Virus record (IMG/VR): IMGVR_UViG_3300023174_000036
Coordinates: 124,001 to 188,000 of that record
Strand: one strand, 5' to 3'
Length of the DNA: 64,000 nt
Shown one piece after another: positions 56,424 through 64,000 of this stretch (positions within the stretch are counted from its first letter, which is position 1; every line of letters begins with the position of its first letter). The translations under genes were made by a program, and so were the position numbers. Under the pieces are notes generated by a model. The model was not told the origin of the DNA. It saw only the letters and a list, made by a program, of their open reading frames with translations, and made no database searches.

Positions 56424-56504
56424 TATGGTAAGTCCCAGAAGTTTCTATACTTATTTAGCTGGTTTTAAACGATAACATAACAGTTTATTATTCTGCGGAT
56501 CGAG

Positions 56505-56587
56505 TAAATAAAAATGTAGGACCTCTGTAGTTATCAAGGGCGGTCGCTACAAGTCCTACTTAACCAAGTAAAGTAGGAGCAACTTAG
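56505..56587 (+). promoter_or_regulatory. structured phoH leader with alternative pairings
   Basis: TAAATA then GTAGGAC/GTCCTAC and TGTAG/CTACA stems, or TCCTACTT/AAGTAGGA covering the AGGAG RBS. Confidence 0.55.
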
Positions 56588-57322
56588 ATGAGTAAACAGC
56601 GAGTAACGCAACGAGTGAAAAAACGTTTTACATCAGAAGTTAACATAATTGATTTTCAACCATACTTGCCTCAAAAGAAGCAACGTGTACAATTATCACC
56701 AAGAAACTCTAATCAAGAATTATACGTAAGAAAATTGCAAGATGATGCTAAAAGCATTATTTTAGCCATTGGTCCAGCCGGCACAGGTAAAACTATGCTA
56801 GCCGTACAGAACGGGATTAGATTATTTCAAGAGGGTAAAGTTGACAAGATCATTGTGACAAGACCCGCCGTGAGTGTAGATGAAGATTTGGGATTTTTGC
56901 CAGGAACGCTGAATGAAAAAATGGCGCCTTGGACAAGACCTATATTTGACGTCTTAGGAGAGTATTACCAGCAAAAAGACATTGCAAAGATGTTGGAGGA
57001 TGGAACTATCGAAATAAGCCCGCTCGCTTATATGCGAGGCCGCACATTTAAAAACGCTTACATTATCGCTGACGAATGTCAGAATACAACTGTAAACCAA
57101 ATGAAAATGTTGTTGACCAGACTTGGAGATAATTCTAGAATGGTAGTGACAGGAGATTTAGCTCAAGCAGATAGATTAAACGATAATGGATTAATCAATT
57201 TTTGTAATTTACTTGGAGGGAAGCCAGGATTGAAACATATTGACATTGTTCAATTTAATGCCAAAGATATTGAACGTCATAATGCTGTTAAGGAGGTTTT
57301 AGCATTATACGGTGATTCATAA
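56588..57322 (+). CDS. phoH: PhoH family ATPase
   Basis: GPAGTGKT, TRPAV, LGFLPG, YMRGRTF, DECQN, GDLAQAD. Confidence 0.95.
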   Translation: MSKQRVTQRVKKRFTSEVNIIDFQPYLPQKKQRVQLSPRNSNQELYVRKLQDDAKSIILAIGPAGTGKTMLAVQNGIRLFQEGKVDKIIVTRPAVSVDEDLGFLPGTLNEKMAPWTRPIFDVLGEYYQQKDIAKMLEDGTIEISPLAYMRGRTFKNAYIIADECQNTTVNQMKMLLTRLGDNSRMVVTGDLAQADRLNDNGLINFCNLLGGKPGLKHIDIVQFNAKDIERHNAVKEVLALYGDS

Positions 57323-57347
57323 AAAAAGGACCTTCGGGTCCTTTTTT
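57321..57347. terminator. bidirectional intrinsic terminator
   Basis: AAAAAAAGGACC-TTCG-GGTCCTTTTTT between convergent phoH and dCMP deaminase. Confidence 0.9.
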
Positions 57348-57774
57348 ACAGTTGTGTTACAGTTATTCCTGATCGTTCAAGGAACGTAACACCATCAGTA
57401 CTACGATAACTGTTACGATAGAATACACTGCGAATGCCACTTTGAAATATAAGTTTTGCACAGTCCAAGCATGGGCTATGAGTAACAAACAATACAGCCC
57501 CATCACCAGATTCTGTACTTTTCGCAAGTTTAGCAATAGCATTAGTTTCTGCATGTAACACCTCTGGTTTACTTTTTAATGTAACTGTATCATCACTATG
57601 TTGGATAACGTACTCGCAATCGTTATCCCATCCTGCGGGCATGCCATTATAGCCAATACTGATAATACGATCATCCTTGACCACAATAGCACCAACATGA
57701 AGCCTACGTGCTGAACTAAGTTCAGCAAATCGTTCAGCAACATCCATGTAGGCATTTATGAATTTTTCTTTCAT
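57346..57774 (-). CDS. dCMP deaminase
   Basis: [25 protein letters not shown]. Confidence 0.9.
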   Translation of the reverse strand: MKEKFINAYMDVAERFAELSSARRLHVGAIVVKDDRIISIGYNGMPAGWDNDCEYVIQHSDDTVTLKSKPEVLHAETNAIAKLAKSTESGDGAVLFVTHSPCLDCAKLIFQSGIRSVFYRNSYRSTDGVTFLERSGITVTQL

Positions 57775-58094
57775 TCTTCTAGCAAGTCTAATTTATTAGG
57801 TTTGTTATTCCATTCTTCTGCATCAGGTAGCGCAGGTTTACGTTTAGTAATGGTAGGCCATTTTTTAGCAAGCCGTGTATTAAGCTCAGTCCAAAACACA
57901 ACATCAACAGTTTTATCAGTATCGGGAACAATAGCATCGATCGGGCACTCAGGAACGCACACACCACAGTCAATACATTCGTCTGGATCGATAACAAGAA
58001 AGTTAGGACCTTCTTTAAAACAATCAACAGGACAAACTTCTACACAATCAGTATGTTTGCATTTAATACAATTCTCTAATACCAAATATGTCAT
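57771..58094 (-). CDS. fdxA: 7Fe ferredoxin (FdxA type)
   Basis: [30 protein letters not shown]. Confidence 0.92.
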   Translation of the reverse strand: MTYLVLENCIKCKHTDCVEVCPVDCFKEGPNFLVIDPDECIDCGVCVPECPIDAIVPDTDKTVDVVFWTELNTRLAKKWPTITKRKPALPDAEEWNNKPNKLDLLEE

Positions 58095-59047
58095 AGGTGA
58101 CTCAGTCTAATTAGGGTTGCCGCAAGATTAATTTCTGGATCAATAATTAATGTATGATCTACCAGTCCTTGTTTAATAATAAGAATTGCCTTGTCTTGAA
58201 CGGTTTCATCTCCAAAAATTTCCACATTATCATATAACCAACGGAATATTTCCTCCATCTCTTCTGGCCGTGCTTGACTACAAACAAGTTTACGACCTTC
58301 TGTAATTTTTCCTGCTTTAAACAATCGAACCATGTCTAACTTATAATCAGCTTGTCCGCTATCTGCTTTCTCAGGAGTATGCAATTTTCCATCCATACTG
58401 TTCATTTGTGTAGTGTTAATACACTTGCGAAGGTCAGGGTAAGTTGCTTTGACAAAGGTGTCCAATGTGTCCAAATCAAACTCTACGGATTCCTCCATAA
58501 GAATAGTAGCAACACGGGCAGTAAATTCTGCAATGTCAACACGTTCGATATGAAAACCTTGGCAACGACTGTGCAGTGCAGGAATAATCCTATTGGGATA
58601 ATTACAAGTAAGAATAAAACGTGCAGTGGTATGATACTCTTCCATAACTCCACGCAATGCCGCTTGTGCATTGGGACTCAAATAGTCTGCTTCGTCTAAC
58701 AGCACAACTTTAAAGTCTCCAAATGGAATCATCTGTACAAAGTTCACAATCTTATCACGAACATCCTCAACTGAGTTTGTACGTGATGCGTTGATTTCCA
58801 AAACATCTAGATCATTAATTTGTAGTTCATTGAACAACACTCTGGCAAGAGTAGTTTTACCAATGCCAGCATTACCGCTAAACAACAAATGCGGGATACT
58901 TTTTTGTTTAATCCAAGATTCTACTTGCTCTTTTTGATGATTATCTCTAAACACATAGCCGTCAATAGTGTTAGGACGGTATTTCTCAACCCATAATTCT
59001 TTCATTTTAAACCATTTCCTCGTAAATGCCAAGTGCTTCTGCAACAA
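58091..59047 (-). CDS. clamp loader small subunit (RFC/gp44-like)
   Basis: [29 protein letters not shown]; start likely MKELWVEK. Confidence 0.9.
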   Translation of the reverse strand: MLQKHLAFTRKWFKMKELWVEKYRPNTIDGYVFRDNHQKEQVESWIKQKSIPHLLFSGNAGIGKTTLARVLFNELQINDLDVLEINASRTNSVEDVRDKIVNFVQMIPFGDFKVVLLDEADYLSPNAQAALRGVMEEYHTTARFILTCNYPNRIIPALHSRCQGFHIERVDIAEFTARVATILMEESVEFDLDTLDTFVKATYPDLRKCINTTQMNSMDGKLHTPEKADSGQADYKLDMVRLFKAGKITEGRKLVCSQARPEEMEEIFRWLYDNVEIFGDETVQDKAILIIKQGLVDHTLIIDPEINLAATLIRLSHL

Positions 59048-59270
59048 TTAATAGTACGCCAGCAACAGTAAATTCACCAAAGCACAATGCAATGCCAGCA
59101 ATAATTCTAAAGAAGCTTTTTACAAAGCTAATATATTTGTGTTTAGTTGGATCTGGGTGTTCAACTTCGCTAGTAGTTTTTTTCTCTACAGCATCTAAAC
59201 GACCCATAAGGTCTTGCATTAGTTGAATATTTGCTTCGTAGTCTTGCTTTGCTTGATCTTTAGCGTTCAT
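59007..59270 (-). CDS. small membrane protein
   Basis: AGGAG RBS; coiled coil plus hydrophobic C-terminus. Confidence 0.55.
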   Translation of the reverse strand: MNAKDQAKQDYEANIQLMQDLMGRLDAVEKKTTSEVEHPDPTKHKYISFVKSFFRIIAGIALCFGEFTVAGVLLIVAEALGIYEEMV

Positions 59271-59301
59271 AGTATCTCCTTAATTAGAAACTCTTGCTCT
59301 A

Positions 59302-59330
59302 ATTGTACTATGAACGTTAGCGATAGTCAA
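59302..59330 (-). promoter_or_regulatory. sigma70-type promoter
   Basis: TTGACT-17-TACAAT. Confidence 0.65.
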
Positions 59331-59342
59331 GGAAAATATTAC

Positions 59343-59903
59343 TCAAATATTAAATGAAAATGTTTTTCTAGGATTATCGTTTAATTTTTGTGGAACTTCA
59401 TGTTCTATCCACGAATTCCACATCACAATCTTTCCAGCTTGAGGCTCAATAAATTTTGTATTTTGTATTTCACCATTAAATACCGATATCGGTTTTGGAT
59501 TAAACAACACTAATGGCGGAACATCTTTGCCCACTTCTAAATAAATGATTCCAGAAAATGTACATCGATGATGCATGTGCCTTCTTAGATAAGCATTTTT
59601 ATTCATAGAACTAAAAAAACCGTAAGGTTTAAATTCTATTTGATTGTAATCCATTTCTGAAGCTTCAGCCAGTTGAACAGCATAGGTCATGATGATCATA
59701 CTCAATGTCTGTTGTACAACCGGATCCGACATTACAACAGGATTAAGATCATCTGATCCCAGCGTTGACGGAAAATTATCAATATTAAGTAAATTGTCCT
59801 TAGTTAGCGACGTATACTTATTACACAGCGGAAGCAATGTGTTTGCCAACTCAATATTTGAGTCCTGAAGCACAAATGTTGGAAATACAGACTCAATTAT
59901 CAT
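59343..59903 (-). CDS. 2OG-Fe(II) oxygenase-like protein
   Basis: HMH...FSGIIYL, MWNSWIEHEVP, RKTFSFN. Confidence 0.75.
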   Translation of the reverse strand: MIIESVFPTFVLQDSNIELANTLLPLCNKYTSLTKDNLLNIDNFPSTLGSDDLNPVVMSDPVVQQTLSMIIMTYAVQLAEASEMDYNQIEFKPYGFFSSMNKNAYLRRHMHHRCTFSGIIYLEVGKDVPPLVLFNPKPISVFNGEIQNTKFIEPQAGKIVMWNSWIEHEVPQKLNDNPRKTFSFNI

Positions 59904-60314
59904 TTATTGTTCAAAACTTGGTCTTGAAAACGAAGCTGGATCAAATGTTGCGTGTGTTACGGTACTGTGAGCGCCGTGAATAATTTGATCAGGTTTTTCA
60001 TCAGTGACCATTAATATACCATTTGGGTCAGCACGACGAATAATCATATCGTTGCCATCGTCGTCTAGCACTGTAAATCCTCTACTCCACCGGCCATGTT
60101 CGAGTAAGATCCACTCGCCTACTTTTACATCAATTTGTTCCGGCCCAACGGAATACACTCGACCCCATCGACTTTTAACACCCTCGCTTTTACCATCATC
60201 GCTGGGTAGAACAATTCCGCCTTTAGTTACTTGCGCACCAAAATCCATATCAACAATAACAATATTATCGCGAATTGGTCTTAGTTTGCTGGCATATACT
60301 GGTGTTCTTTTCAT
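59904..60314 (-). CDS. groES: GroES-like co-chaperonin
   Basis: LRPIRDNIVI, TKGGIVLP, VYSVGP, VKVG. Confidence 0.8.
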   Translation of the reverse strand: MKRTPVYASKLRPIRDNIVIVDMDFGAQVTKGGIVLPSDDGKSEGVKSRWGRVYSVGPEQIDVKVGEWILLEHGRWSRGFTVLDDDGNDMIIRRADPNGILMVTDEKPDQIIHGAHSTVTHATFDPASFSRPSFEQ

Positions 60315-60613
60315 TCGTTGCCTTCTGGATCCATGTCTGCTACATTTTTCTTAGCAATCACTGGTTTTGCAGTAGCAACTTCTTCGACTTGACGTACATT
60401 AATTTGATCAGGTACGATTCTGTTGGCTTCTGCTTCTCTTAGAATATCTTCGCGCTTTCTAACGATCTTGCCGCCTGGCCCTAGTTCGTCACCACGTGCA
60501 TTTACCTTAAGATTACCCACAGCTGGCGTGAGTTCGTTTATGTTTACTAAACGATTCATATCAACTTCTTTGCCTTGCATTGAACGATATATTTGTTTTG
60601 GTTGTTGTTCCAT
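60311..60613 (-). CDS. hypothetical protein
   Basis: YRSMQGK.VDM, AVGNLKVNARGDELGPGG. Confidence 0.65.
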   Translation of the reverse strand: MEQQPKQIYRSMQGKEVDMNRLVNINELTPAVGNLKVNARGDELGPGGKIVRKREDILREAEANRIVPDQINVRQVEEVATAKPVIAKKNVADMDPEGNE

Positions 60614-60640
60614 TTTAAATCTCCTTAATTATACTAGTAC

Positions 60641-61153
60641 TTATCTCAGGAATTCCTGCCAGTCAAGATTATATTTAATACTATCAATATGGTGTACCCC
60701 TATCAAATAGAGTATGTAACTGGCCACACTGGATCCTCTACCCACACCCCAAACCACATTGTTTTTATTGCAAGTATCCACAAAATATTTGAGCCAACGT
60801 AATAAATCCAGCATATTGCGCTCTTTGAATGCCACTAGTTCTTCAGTAACTCTAGTGTGTTGCGGATCCCAAGGGGGTGTTTGTTGCCAAATCCACGCTT
60901 CTATATCCAGTGTTTTGTATTCTTCAGGCATGTACCAATTTGATTGGCAAGCTGAATCGTAGTCACCGACTTCAAAGTGGGTATCGTAAGGTTCTAGGAA
61001 TTTAAATCCTATTTTGGATTCCAGTTGTTTGATTGCGTCAGATCGTTGATCAACTAGTAAGGTATCCGTTGCATCAAATTGATAACTTTGATACAACGCA
61101 TCAAACAGATCTTGTTCTGAAAATATGGGATTACTGTATTTGTCTAGGCGCAT
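60641..61153 (-). CDS. DNA polymerase III alpha (DnaE) fragment-like protein
   Basis: RVTEEL..F, WGVGRGSSVASYILYLIG motif; only 170 aa. Confidence 0.75.
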   Translation of the reverse strand: MRLDKYSNPIFSEQDLFDALYQSYQFDATDTLLVDQRSDAIKQLESKIGFKFLEPYDTHFEVGDYDSACQSNWYMPEEYKTLDIEAWIWQQTPPWDPQHTRVTEELVAFKERNMLDLLRWLKYFVDTCNKNNVVWGVGRGSSVASYILYLIGVHHIDSIKYNLDWQEFLR

Positions 61154-61160
61154 AGCCTAT

Positions 61161-61189
61161 ATTTTACTGTATGTTGATTAGCTTGTCAA
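61161..61189 (-). promoter_or_regulatory. sigma70-type promoter
   Basis: TTGACA-17-TAAAAT. Confidence 0.65.
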
Positions 61190-61394
61190 GGTTTTTATCG
61201 CGATTATCAACCATTTTTTGCCATTCAGCACGTTGCCTTCTGGCTTGCTCAGTTTTATATGTGTCCAAAGCCAATGATACTTGTTGTCGCAAATCTGGAT
61301 TTGCGGATTGAAAATATTTTTTAGTGAGATCGTTGATTTTAAAATCAATCTCACTGTCTTTTAAATTTTCTAAATTTGATATTAATGGATGCAT
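61164..61394 (-). CDS. hypothetical protein
   Basis: Coiled-coil 76 aa ORF. Confidence 0.6.
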   Translation of the reverse strand: MHPLISNLENLKDSEIDFKINDLTKKYFQSANPDLRQQVSLALDTYKTEQARRQRAEWQKMVDNRDKNLDKLINIQ

Positions 61395-62485
61395 TAATTG
61401 TATTCGCCTAAATATCGAAGATACACATTGAGACCGCCGTCAATACTCCATGCTTCTATAACTTTAACGTTATCATTAGTTATGGTTGTTAACACAGCAG
61501 TTGCAGTTGCTTGTACTCCAGTCACCGCAGGAGCTCCTATAGTAACTTGCGGTGGCACAGTAGTCCAGCCGTCTCCGCCATCTGTAACAACTATGCTGTC
61601 AATAGCACATACCAAATCTACTCTTGCTCCTGAACCTATACCGGTTAATGCTGTGACAGTTTTTGAACCAGCCAGTGGTGTTGTCAACGGGCCGTTAACA
61701 CTGACGCTGACGTTGGTAATACCACCTGAACCGTTAACTCCGGTTACTGATAACACAATACTTGTGTCTTGGTTTACAACTAGCAAATCGCCGTTGGCAT
61801 AATTAGAACCAAGTGAACCTGAACTAACAGTTGCTGACAGAACTTTGTATTTGGCAGTTGCGGTTGCAACTGTACCGCCAGCTAATGTTGGACTAGTAAA
61901 TGAAACAGTAGTTGGTGTAATATATTTACTACCTGGTTCAGTAACAGTAATGCTTCTAACACTTTCTCCACCAACTTTAAATCCATAAGTTGTGCTGTTT
62001 GGCAATGTGGGATATGCCACATCATATCTAATAGATCCGCCACCGCTGGTTGCAAATCCTGGTGTTCGCACTCCGTTTTGATCGCTGGCAATCAATACAC
62101 GAATTAATCCCATTTTGCCCGCAGTTGGCCATCCTGTAAATGTTAAAGTTGCATCTCCTGCTAGAATGAATCTCTGCACAGGACCGTTAATTAAATCTAC
62201 ATTAGAAGCTGTTGAAACAGTGCCTCCGCTAAAATACACGCCGTAAAATCTATTGTACAAGCCATTGCTTATAGTGCTACCATTTAGGTCGTTGTTAACA
62301 ACTGCGTTGGTTGCGAGGTTGGCTTTCAACACTGCATTGGTTTGCAATGCGGTAAGTTCAGTTTTGGCAATGGCTAATCCTGCTGAAATAGCTGTAAAAT
62401 TATCACGAAACCCTTGGCTGTTATTGTCAACACCTGCAACTGGGTAAGATGTGTTAATTGTTCCGACATTTATTTGACTGGTCAT
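61394..62485 (-). CDS. tail/baseplate structural protein
   Basis: YPVAGVDNNSQGFRDNF; ITVTEPGSKY...ATATA repeats; late promoter at 62516..62522. Confidence 0.65.
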   Translation of the reverse strand: MTSQINVGTINTSYPVAGVDNNSQGFRDNFTAISAGLAIAKTELTALQTNAVLKANLATNAVVNNDLNGSTISNGLYNRFYGVYFSGGTVSTASNVDLINGPVQRFILAGDATLTFTGWPTAGKMGLIRVLIASDQNGVRTPGFATSGGGSIRYDVAYPTLPNSTTYGFKVGGESVRSITVTEPGSKYITPTTVSFTSPTLAGGTVATATAKYKVLSATVSSGSLGSNYANGDLLVVNQDTSIVLSVTGVNGSGGITNVSVSVNGPLTTPLAGSKTVTALTGIGSGARVDLVCAIDSIVVTDGGDGWTTVPPQVTIGAPAVTGVQATATAVLTTITNDNVKVIEAWSIDGGLNVYLRYLGEYN

Positions 62486-63999
62486 ACTGTTATCCTATCG
62501 TTTCTAAATACAAGATATTTATCGTTAATCGAACCGGTGACAGAATCTATTATGTATCTGTCCACTGTGTAATCTAAAGATTTAAAATCAAATTCGCTGT
62601 GTTGGATATTTAATAAAATATCAGCACTTTTGCCCGCTTCGCAGTAACAAATTGGAATAGCCAACACAAATCCTAATTCTTGACTATTCCCAGGTTGTAT
62701 ACTACGCATCCATAAAGGCATGTAGTTCCTCTCTGTTGCACCAGTATCTTTAATCCTGCTACGCCAATTGGTAATACTGTTTGGAAAATAGGTATTGACA
62801 TTGGGATTTGAAACTTCGTAACCTGTGCTGTCGGCTGTGATTATTGGCTCCGGCCTAATGTTTTCCGGACTGTCGGCACCTAATGAATCCAAAGTTCTAC
62901 TCCAAATATTGGTACTGCTATCGATAGTTATAGTATCGCTAGACAGCCCTGGTAATTGAATATTTCTTGGCAAATATTTGCCGTTTGGCTCTTGCGGGTC
63001 CACAACACTGACATATATCACTTCATATACTGTATCGGTAGTACCGGGCTGAATAGCAACTGCGGATTTAACCGGACCAAAAGCAAATCGTTTTCTTTTG
63101 TGATTCAAACCAATTGCACCAACAAACCTAGCGGCATCTTTGGTTTCTATACCAGCATATACCATCATGTTTAAATCAGTCTGAACTCCAAAATTAGCAT
63201 CATTGGTTCTATAAATGCTACTAGGTGTAAAAATAGAAGTATCGGTAATGAATGATTTCCAAAGAGCTCGTTGTGATTGTTTTAAGAACGGCTTGGTTCT
63301 GATATTGCTGAAACTTATATCGTTTGGGGTATCAATGTACAAGGTAAATGCGCGAGTAGTTGCACTATAGTCATATTGATCTCTAGCTTGCACGGTAAAC
63401 GTATATTGCTTGTCTATACTGGTAGTATCAAAATCAAAAGTTATAAATTTTCTACTTGAGCCAACTGTGTCGTAAAATCTCGTAAGGCCTTTGGATCCAG
63501 AAACAGCATCATAAAATTGATTGACCTTGCCTATAATTTCTCCGTCATAGTTTAGTGATAAACCTGGAGGCAGTGATCCACTTGTTAACGTATAAGAAAT
63601 AATTGCATCAGGTATGGTACTTGAAGCGGCCACATGCAAATTAGAAATAAAATTTGCATTGATGTTGCCCAAGTTGGCATCAGTTAGCCACGTTATTACA
63701 CTGTCAATCTCGCCAATAATACCAATAGTAAATGTTCTGGATGCAGTCGCACTGTCTTGTTTGTCTCCAAATCTAGTAGCAGTGATGGTGAAGTTATAAG
63801 TTTTTGTGATAGCTGGCTGATATGGAACCAGTCCGTATACCGTAGCAGTTTGTATATCAAAATTGGTACCTTTGGGTAACACACTCAAAGTTCCAATATA
63901 AAAACTGGTTCCTGTTGGTATGCTTACTTGTAGCGGTGTTAAGATAGTGAGACGATAACGTCCATTGCCTAAATTCTCCACCACACTGATTTTATAAAG
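62482..63999 (-). CDS. large baseplate/structural protein, C-terminal part (5' end outside window)
   Basis: Frame open to window edge; GSLPPGLSL Ig-like (He_PIG-type) repeat, YTFTVQA. Confidence 0.65.
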   Translation of the reverse strand, partial: LYKISVVENLGNGRYRLTILTPLQVSIPTGTSFYIGTLSVLPKGTNFDIQTATVYGLVPYQPAITKTYNFTITATRFGDKQDSATASRTFTIGIIGEIDSVITWLTDANLGNINANFISNLHVAASSTIPDAIISYTLTSGSLPPGLSLNYDGEIIGKVNQFYDAVSGSKGLTRFYDTVGSSRKFITFDFDTTSIDKQYTFTVQARDQYDYSATTRAFTLYIDTPNDISFSNIRTKPFLKQSQRALWKSFITDTSIFTPSSIYRTNDANFGVQTDLNMMVYAGIETKDAARFVGAIGLNHKRKRFAFGPVKSAVAIQPGTTDTVYEVIYVSVVDPQEPNGKYLPRNIQLPGLSSDTITIDSSTNIWSRTLDSLGADSPENIRPEPIITADSTGYEVSNPNVNTYFPNSITNWRSRIKDTGATERNYMPLWMRSIQPGNSQELGFVLAIPICYCEAGKSADILLNIQHSEFDFKSLDYTVDRYIIDSVTGSINDKYLVFRNDRITV

Positions 64000-64000
64000 T

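Noticed and set aside
56530-56546. SAM-I riboswitch (TTATCAAG resembles its 5' core)
   Set aside because: The rest of the SAM-I architecture (kink-turn, pseudoknot, P3/P4) does not fit in the short leader
1-64000. tRNA/rRNA genes and stop-codon reassignment
   Set aside because: No cloverleaf or rRNA-like segments seen in the short intergenic gaps; known genes translate full-length in the standard code

Overview
The window is a 64 kb segment of a large lytic tailed phage genome (T4-like or jumbo myovirus type), probably infecting a Gram-negative proteobacterium given its spanins, GH19 endolysin and FdxA-type ferredoxin. Order: plus-strand tail/adhesin genes and four DxD glycosyltransferase-like genes (1-8973); a long minus-strand block with thyX, a MoxR/VWA pair and RNase H; a dispersed 7-deazaguanine DNA-modification cluster (queE, folE, QueD/DpdL-like T-fold protein, DpdA-like transglycosylase) interleaved with sugar-handling enzymes (GT-B glycosyltransferase, PRTase, cupin, MDR and Gfo/Idh/MocA oxidoreductases, UDP-sugar dehydrogenase); sliding clamp and PolB; an array of probable internal head/ejection proteins; dps; clpA/def/DnaJ; a lysis cassette; phoH; dCMP deaminase; ferredoxin; clamp loader; groES; a DnaE fragment; and baseplate genes. 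Three signals stand out. (1) A possible sugar-hypermodified 7-deazaguanine pathway. (2) A GIY-YIG homing-endonuclease island that split the cluster's glycosyltransferase and supplied a replacement N-terminus with its own promoter, carrying small genes joined by a repeated GGAGTTGAAGAATGA junction. (3) Structured leaders: a phoH switch-like leader and a sigma70 promoter written inside a UUCG hairpin. All functional calls come from motif recognition by eye; no database searches were run.
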